This document shows positions 58,175 through 64,000 of a DNA stretch of 64,000 nt, in pieces. This stretch comes from SAR202 cluster bacterium (lineage in GTDB: Bacteria; Chloroflexota; Dehalococcoidia; Lucifugimonadales; Lucifugimonadaceae): assembly GCA_009392215.1 (NCBI GenBank), contig VFGZ01000039.1, positions 9,633 through 73,632 of the forward strand, given 5' to 3'. Each line of letters opens with the position of its first letter. Position 1 is the stretch's first letter. The notes under the pieces are model-generated. The model had not been told where the DNA came from. It saw only the letters and a list, made by a program, of their open reading frames with translations, and did no database searches. The position numbers and the translations under genes were made by a program.

Positions 58175-59206
58175 TCAGTTCAGTTTACGTCTGTCATATT
58201 TCGTAGGATCCGGTTTTTTTTCTTTTCCACCACTCATGACTCCGGCTACCTTGCTGCCAAAGAAAAGGCTCATCATACTTTCACTTGACGAAGGTATATC
58301 GGTATCTCCTCCTGTGTCAGGTCGGCGATCTGCTACACCTGCCTCAAGACGAGCACGCTGCTCCCATGCCTGTACAAATGAATCACTTAATATTCCATCC
58401 GAAGCAAATCTTTCCTCGTCATCCAGTAAACCATCTCGCATGGATCTAAGTCGTTCCATTACTTGGTCTATCCAATGGGCCAACATATCTGAATTGGTTA
58501 CTGCTGCGCTTTGCGATGAGGCAGGGTCTGCAGATGCCGGTGTTGTCATTTGATCAAATTCCAGACCGACAAACCTGCTTATTTCAGACCAGGAAGGCGA
58601 TGTACTTACGGCATTCATGAGCGCGGTTGCGACTACTGCGGGCAGACCAGTTGTAGCGGCTGAAAAAGAGTCATGTTCGTCTGGATCCATGAAAACTGGT
58701 TTGGCGTCTATACTCTCGATTAAGTCTGTCAATGTTTTGATCGACTTTTGGTCTGCAGATGGTGAAGCCACAACCGCCCATTTAGTGTCGTGGAAAATAT
58801 GACCAGATGCATCTTTTTGCTCCTTAACAGAGGCCCCAGTCAACGGATTACCACCTACGAATGTTGCATGATCGGGTAACAGCTCTGCGGCCCATTGCGT
58901 AACAGCCCGTTTTGATGGTGATGTGTCTGTGACTACTGCACCTGCCTTTAGATGTGCTGCTATAGCTTTAAAGACATCGTAAACAGATCTTGCAGGAGTT
59001 GCTACTATGACTAAATCAGCGTCTCCGACTGCTTTACTAAGATCCCATTCAACGCTATCGACCGCCCCCATGCGTTGGGCAAGGCCCTGCGTCTTGTTGT
59101 CAGCGTCGTAACCGATCACGGTAGATTTTTTGCCGTGACGGCCTCTAATTGCCATCCCGAGAGATGTTCCAATTCGACCTAGTCCAATAATTGTGTAATT
59201 TGCCAT
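58175..59206 (-). CDS. Prephenate/arogenate dehydrogenase (TyrA)-like protein with degenerate active site
   Basis: GLGRIG.S Rossmann motif, A.P, TD....K, EHD; directly upstream of aroA; the usual GGHP motif reads GGNP. Confidence 0.75.
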   Translation of the reverse strand: MANYTIIGLGRIGTSLGMAIRGRHGKKSTVIGYDADNKTQGLAQRMGAVDSVEWDLSKAVGDADLVIVATPARSVYDVFKAIAAHLKAGAVVTDTSPSKRAVTQWAAELLPDHATFVGGNPLTGASVKEQKDASGHIFHDTKWAVVASPSADQKSIKTLTDLIESIDAKPVFMDPDEHDSFSAATTGLPAVVATALMNAVSTSPSWSEISRFVGLEFDQMTTPASADPASSQSAAVTNSDMLAHWIDQVMERLRSMRDGLLDDEERFASDGILSDSFVQAWEQRARLEAGVADRRPDTGGDTDIPSSSESMMSLFFGSKVAGVMSGGKEKKPDPTKYDRRKLN

Positions 59207-59265
59207 GGTTGTTGTGCTTATATTTTCCTAAGATTAGCAATTGATGTGATTTGTCTTGATATTCA

Positions 59266-60009
59266 TTACTCCCAGTCATCCTCCTCATGCTCAATAACAT
59301 CAGTTTCATCAAGTGAAGATCCACTAGAAGGTAAAACGGCAGGCGCTGCCCTTTTTTCTTTTCTTGGTTCGAGTTTATCTATAGATTCCTTAAGATTAGC
59401 GAATCCTGTTGTTTTTACATCACTAATATCGTAAAGCAAGGCAGAGATTCCTATATCACGTAAAAGTTCTAGATCTTGATTGGTCGGTAGTTGAGTCAGG
59501 CGTAAAAATATGTGCCTTGAGTAATAGGATATTTGTTCTTGTAGATCCAGGACCCCGCGGACATCTAACGGTAAATTCAATGAACTCGCATCAAGTATCA
59601 AAAAATCAAAAGGGCCGTTATCTACTGCCTTGGCACGTTTTTCCGGGAGATCCCAATCTACAACAAATCCTTTACCTGTATCCTCTCCACACAAGAAAAC
59701 TCCAGGAGCAGAATCTTTCTCAATAAGGAGAAAATCAGCTCCTGAACTTACTAAAGCATCAATGTCAGACTCGCTTCTATCTGACACTGAGACTCCCCAA
59801 ATATCAGGGCCTATCAATTTTTTTGGCTGCTGTAATCCATCCGAGATAATGAACAGGTCCGCGTCTAAATCCTTTATGTCTGTTGGTTTATGAATGGTCA
59901 CAGCCGTAAGAATTAGGGGAATTTTTCTAGTGAGAGATCGCACTCCGAATCCAAAACCAATGGTTTCGGTCTGGCCAAGTTTCGACAATCGATCTGAGAT
60001 CTTACTCAA
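59266..60009 (-). CDS. Hypothetical protein
   Basis: 247-aa ORF overlapping the upstream gene by 4 nt; acidic C-terminal tail; no recognisable catalytic motif. Confidence 0.7.
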   Translation of the reverse strand: MSKISDRLSKLGQTETIGFGFGVRSLTRKIPLILTAVTIHKPTDIKDLDADLFIISDGLQQPKKLIGPDIWGVSVSDRSESDIDALVSSGADFLLIEKDSAPGVFLCGEDTGKGFVVDWDLPEKRAKAVDNGPFDFLILDASSLNLPLDVRGVLDLQEQISYYSRHIFLRLTQLPTNQDLELLRDIGISALLYDISDVKTTGFANLKESIDKLEPRKEKRAAPAVLPSSGSSLDETDVIEHEEDDWE

Positions 60010-60905
60010 TCCGAGGATTCCTTGGTCTCAGAAGTGGAATCGGTATCCCGCTGTTGGCGTAAAAAATCTTCAAGTTCTTGGACGAGCGCTGCAGGCTCTG
60101 GGCTTTGTCGATACTCTTCTTCAGAATCGTATCTCTCTTCGAGTCGTTTAACATACCCTTCAATTTCTTGTTGATCCGCAAGAGCTCTGACCAGGTTTTC
60201 ATCAAATTCTTCAGAATCGCGCGCAAGTTTTGTCAGATCCACCGGTGCTGATATAAATTGCTGTAACTCTGAAAGTATTGCGTGGGTGAGAGTGGGATTT
60301 TGGGCCACTTGCAGATAATGCGGAGAATGTCCCCAGATACTGGCTGCCGGGACCCCATCAACAGAGAGCCGATCGATTAATACAGATGTCAGTCCCGACG
60401 GACCTTCGTAATTTGGGACTGCGTATTTAATGTGCTCAAATTCCTTTCCGAGATTTGTGTTCATTGAAGAACCAGTTACCCTCGGTGATCGGGTATGAGG
60501 CACTGAATCTAATAGGGCACCAACTGTCACCAGAAGCTTGGTGTCGCTCTCATTTGCAACCTGGTGGATCAGGTCAGTGTACGTCCTCCATTTCAAATTT
60601 GGCTCAACGCCTATGAAAATCAGTAGATCGCGTCCTCCATCATCGGCTTTCCAGTAGAAGAACTCGTTTTTTGGCCAAGTCAGTTTTCTGGACCCATCTG
60701 ATCGATTGGAAATTACCGGTCTCTGCTCCGCAAAATCGTAAAAGTCTTCTGAGTCGATTGAAGCAAATTTGGTGGCAGAAAATTGGCGTACTAGCTCTCT
60801 TAGCGATCTTGTGGCCGATTCTGCTGCGTCGGGCCAACCGCCCCATGCAGCCAGAAAAACAGTGTTACTAAGAATAGGATGTTCGGTATATTGAAGTGCC
60901 GACAA
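60006..60905 (-). CDS. PAC2 (proteasome assembly chaperone-like) family protein
   Basis: GW.DA.E.A, ID.EDFYDF...RP, EPNLKW, GALL..VPHTR, YEGP.G, PHY, YV..LE; TTG at 60905 with GGTGG SD (ORF track start 60956). Confidence 0.85.
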   Translation of the reverse strand: MSALQYTEHPILSNTVFLAAWGGWPDAAESATRSLRELVRQFSATKFASIDSEDFYDFAEQRPVISNRSDGSRKLTWPKNEFFYWKADDGGRDLLIFIGVEPNLKWRTYTDLIHQVANESDTKLLVTVGALLDSVPHTRSPRVTGSSMNTNLGKEFEHIKYAVPNYEGPSGLTSVLIDRLSVDGVPAASIWGHSPHYLQVAQNPTLTHAILSELQQFISAPVDLTKLARDSEEFDENLVRALADQQEIEGYVKRLEERYDSEEEYRQSPEPAALVQELEDFLRQQRDTDSTSETKESSD

Positions 60906-61132
60906 GTTACCCCACCAGTCGTCCCTTTTTGAGTTTGTTGCAAAAACCAAGGTCATATTAAGTGGCCGTTACACGAACCTGTGTTCGCGCTAAACAGCAA
61001 GTCTAGCATTCATTATGTTATTGATCTGCACAGGTATCAAATTTAGACCTAATCATAGAAAGCAATGATAGGTGGATTCTTGCAGAGGAAATGGAAACAG
61101 TTCAAATAATTCGGTATTGAGCCACGTACATG

Positions 61133-62305
61133 TCAGATTTGAGCAACTGTATTTTCATTAATGATATTCCAATCAATCTCAACGCCAAGCCCGGGTTTAG
61201 TCGGGGCTAACACATAACCTTCGTCATTGATTGCTAACGGATTCTTGATCCCAAAACTTGCTCCGTCTGGATAGGGCAGTTCGATATATCTACAATTTTT
61301 GATGGCTAGTGCGACATGTAAGTTCGCAACATCCATTAATGAAAGTACGGTCATATGGATTTCACAATTGACGCCGAAACCTTCAGCAATATGCGCAGAC
61401 TTTAATGTTCCAGTAATACCGCCAGTCCAGGAAACATCAGCGCGAATGATGTCAGCCGCACCAGATTTCAGGTAATTGATTTTTGAAAAAACATCTGAAT
61501 TCCATTCGCCCGCACAAATTGCAATGTCTAAAGTATGAGTAAGTTGTTCAAGACCATGAATGTCGTGATCATAGAGAGGTTCTTCAAGCCATAAATATTT
61601 CAATTTTTCCAATTCGCGTCCCACTTTTACGGCGTCCTGATGATCATAATTTCCGCCAACCGGGTCACTCATCAACACAAAACCGGGTCCGACGGCTGAT
61701 CTAACTGCCTCGCAGCAAGCAATGTCAAGATCGGGTTCGCCCGGCGGGTGAAGTTTGAAAGCCGTAAATCCGTCAAGTTTCGCTTGAATTGCCAATGAGG
61801 CATATTCCTCCGGTGTTTCCATAAATGGGGAACTAGCGTACGCAGGTATTCGATCGCGATAAGCTCCGATGTATTTATACAAGGGAAGATTCGCAGATTT
61901 GGATGCAATGTCCCATAAAGCTACATCAAGTGGGCCATATGAGTTGAATGATGCAAGGCCTCCGTAACGATCTGCCCGATGCGCCGCATGCCATAATCGT
62001 TCGCGATCAAGAGGGTCATTTCCAATCAATTCAGGGCGAAAAACTTCAGCAATAGTATGGGCCAATCGCATACCACCTTTTGTCCCCCAGCCAAAGCCGT
62101 ACCCTTCTAATTCTGAGTCTGTTTTCACCACAAGTACTACTATTTGGGGGGAGGTGCAATGAGGTGTCTCGGAGATTTCGGATCCAACAGATTGGTGCCG
62201 GATCGATGATTTCAAGGGTAAGGCACCTGGTTTCACTGGAGACTTATCCATCATCCCTGGCTCGGGTATATCCACGACAATGATTTCAACATCAGTGATT
62301 TTCAT
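61133..62305 (-). CDS. Mandelate racemase/muconate lactonizing enzyme family protein (distinct subfamily)
   Basis: DVALWD, FKLH, MSD, WLEEP, AGE, EIH, PGLG. Confidence 0.9.
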   Translation of the reverse strand: MKITDVEIIVVDIPEPGMMDKSPVKPGALPLKSSIRHQSVGSEISETPHCTSPQIVVLVVKTDSELEGYGFGWGTKGGMRLAHTIAEVFRPELIGNDPLDRERLWHAAHRADRYGGLASFNSYGPLDVALWDIASKSANLPLYKYIGAYRDRIPAYASSPFMETPEEYASLAIQAKLDGFTAFKLHPPGEPDLDIACCEAVRSAVGPGFVLMSDPVGGNYDHQDAVKVGRELEKLKYLWLEEPLYDHDIHGLEQLTHTLDIAICAGEWNSDVFSKINYLKSGAADIIRADVSWTGGITGTLKSAHIAEGFGVNCEIHMTVLSLMDVANLHVALAIKNCRYIELPYPDGASFGIKNPLAINDEGYVLAPTKPGLGVEIDWNIINENTVAQI

Positions 62306-62360
62306 TATTTTCTCGTTTATAAATTTCTATCATCAGCCGATTAACTCGCCAAGCATCGTG

Positions 62361-62384
62361 AAACTTAGTCGCTGGACTAAGTTT
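62361..62384. promoter_or_regulatory. Perfect inverted repeat upstream of the enolase-family gene (operator or hairpin)
   Basis: AAACTTAGTC-GCTG-GACTAAGTTT. Confidence 0.45.
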
Positions 62385-62508
62385 AGACCTCATCGATATT
62401 ACAGATGACAAAACACTTATAGCCTGAAAACTTTGCAAAACAACTAATATTTAGCCGGTGCCGCCTATTCCCGAAAAGTGATTCTGGAAGTTAACCAGAC
62501 AATAACAC

Positions 62509-62676
62509 GTTGTTTGATATGTGGTTTAAATGATTTGGCTCTGGCGGTGATAGAGGTCGTTATCAGGCACCAGAGCCAATATTGAGCGAGATTGTTTCGC
62601 TCTCGCCATATGGATCAGTTGGATAGTTGTCGCTTTGAATGATGGCGACACAACTGAACCACATAGTCAAGTTAAC
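62509..62676 (+). ncRNA. Candidate structured non-coding RNA (closing stem plus three hairpins), family unknown
   Basis: TATGTGGTT/AACCACATA closing helix encloses TTGGCTCTGG/CCAGAGCCAA, GAGCGAGA/TTTCGCTC and TCAGTTG..TGTCGCT/GGCGACA-CAACTGA; G-U pairs favour the + strand. Confidence 0.55.
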
Positions 62677-62759
62677 ACATGCCCATCAGCCAACAGGGGA
62701 GTGGGGTTTATTGAAATGCGTTATATTTATATATAGTCGTGATGTTTTATCAGCGTTGC

Positions 62760-63881
62760 CTATTGCCCAATGCACTCGACAAGACGATCAGCCACAACTT
62801 GCTCTTGACCTTTTGACAAATTGACCATGTTAGCTGCCAATCCTCCATCAATCCTCGCTATATAAATGCGGGGGTTTCCTTCATGAAGTTCTTGCCAAAC
62901 CCGATCGGCTTCAATTGAACCATTCTTGAACTTGATCACGCAGTTTGGGACATGAAACTGCAAGTAATCGTGTTCGACGGAAACGGTAACTTTCGTATTG
63001 TCTTTCAAGCGATCATTAATATGTTCGGCTTGGGCTTTCATCGTCGTCATCCGAACATCGTCGTCTGACTCTATAAACAGTTGCAATGCTGTGGCCATTC
63101 CAATTAATTCTTCTCGACCGACCTTGGCCGGCCGTCCAATTGCCATTTCTGGTCCACTATTCAATAATGCAGCTTCTACAAGGTCTCTCCGTCCCGCTAA
63201 AAGGCCTGCGGATTGTGGTCCGCCTATGTATTTACCACCGGAAAATGTGACTAGGTCGGCTCCGTCATCGATATATTGAGTTAGATTCGATTTGGGTGGA
63301 AGCATGGCTGCACCATCAACAATAACCGGCACACCATGGTCGTTAGCTATTTCAACGACCTGTTTAAGTGAAAGCCCATTTCTTGGTGGTCCATAAGCGA
63401 ATGTGTAAAGAATTCCAGCCGTTTTTTCTGTTATTGACTTGGCAAATTGACTTGCCGACGCCCCATTTTCATCTCCAGAAAGTTTGATTTCAGCACCAGC
63501 GTACTCGTGACATTTCATGTAGCCCGCAGGATTATTGTGCTGTGTAAGGATTTCATTCTTCAACCCAGTTGTATTTGGAAGTTGTGCAATCTTTTTTGAA
63601 TCCGTTCCTGTCATAACCGCAGCGGTTGCCAGTAGAAGCCCGCCGGCCGCTCCTGAGCAAATGAGTCCGCTTTCTGCTCCTGTCACTTCGGCGACAAAAT
63701 TTCCGGTTGCTCGTTTTAATTCGACAAGGTTGACATAAGACTCCGATGCCAGGCTCATTGCCTCTCGAACCTCCGCGCTCATCATAGAACCACCGTGTGT
63801 GGTGTGGGTTCCCCCAGCATTTATTAATGGCGTTACACCAAATCTCGCATATACCGGGTTATTAAGCGGGTCGCTAGACAT
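62760..63881 (-). CDS. SelA-like PLP-dependent enzyme (DgaE/D-glucosaminate-6-phosphate ammonia-lyase-like), not true SelA
   Basis: INAGGT.T..GGS, G.D..KI.QLP, VDGAA, FSGGK.IGGPQSAG...GR, IGRP.KVG.EE. Confidence 0.85.
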   Translation of the reverse strand: MSSDPLNNPVYARFGVTPLINAGGTHTTHGGSMMSAEVREAMSLASESYVNLVELKRATGNFVAEVTGAESGLICSGAAGGLLLATAAVMTGTDSKKIAQLPNTTGLKNEILTQHNNPAGYMKCHEYAGAEIKLSGDENGASASQFAKSITEKTAGILYTFAYGPPRNGLSLKQVVEIANDHGVPVIVDGAAMLPPKSNLTQYIDDGADLVTFSGGKYIGGPQSAGLLAGRRDLVEAALLNSGPEMAIGRPAKVGREELIGMATALQLFIESDDDVRMTTMKAQAEHINDRLKDNTKVTVSVEHDYLQFHVPNCVIKFKNGSIEADRVWQELHEGNPRIYIARIDGGLAANMVNLSKGQEQVVADRLVECIGQ

Positions 63882-64000
63882 TGTTCGCATCCTTTACCCA
63901 TTCAGGAGGGTTTTAGAGACTAATTTTCATCAGATAAGCAATCTATATTAAGGCAACTTATGATAGAAATACGCATCGACGAAATAAAACTCAATTTCAT

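Noticed and set aside
61020-61090. Possible structured element (TCTGCA...TGCAGA enclosing an ACCT-ATCAT hairpin)
   Set aside because: Short AT-rich stems, compatible with chance or a weak terminator
62509-62712. Known RNA identities for the structured element (hammerhead from minus-strand CTGAT/GAAAC; yybP-ykoY from AGGGGAGT; 6S)
   Set aside because: CUGANGA core not matched; remaining yybP-ykoY motifs and a downstream + strand gene are absent; topology is multi-branched rather than a single 6S rod
62639-62824. 61-aa ORF in the intergenic region
   Set aside because: No SD or recognisable motif; overlaps the structured element and the end of the SelA-like gene
62760-63890. Calling this gene selA because tRNA-Sec is present
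   Set aside because: Short (~373 aa), lacks the N-terminal tRNA-binding domain and the HTNLGRA motif; matches the SelA-related DgaE-like family instead
1-64000. CRISPR arrays, IS/transposases, prophage, rRNA, defence systems; the many 60-140 aa antisense ORFs
   Set aside because: No regularly spaced repeats or mobile/defence motifs seen; the short ORFs are shadows of well-supported genes

Overview
Gene-dense bacterial chromosome segment with no phage, IS or CRISPR. It is most consistent with a marine SAR202-type Chloroflexota (Dehalococcoidia). This is inferred from six mandelate racemase/muconate lactonizing (enolase-superfamily) paralogs in 64 kb, a Chloroflexi/Archaea-type YYY (DUF2298) plus TIGR03663-like membrane glycosylation cluster, and a long Alu-domain SRP RNA. 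Housekeeping genes (lepA, galU, rsmA-ispE, exonuclease-DinG/Ogg, tRNA nucleotidyltransferase, rnc-ftsY, trxA, gmk-aroA) alternate with repeated organic-acid catabolic modules, a lhgO/lutABC/glycerate kinase cluster and a stand-alone NuoEFG-like trio. The ORF track misses several signals. (1) A tRNA-Sec gene (46772-46869). (2) A cysteine-free DsbA/Rv2466c-like selenoprotein with an in-frame TGA at its catalytic position (28721-29356), directly upstream of rnc-ftsY. (3) An unassigned ~170-nt multi-stem structured RNA candidate (62509-62676). (4) Probable CTG (ftsY) and ATT (enolase) start codons. (5) Several enzymes with degenerate active sites: TyrA-like, an SDR, and the NuoF/NuoG-like proteins. 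All family calls come from motif recognition by eye; no database searches were run.
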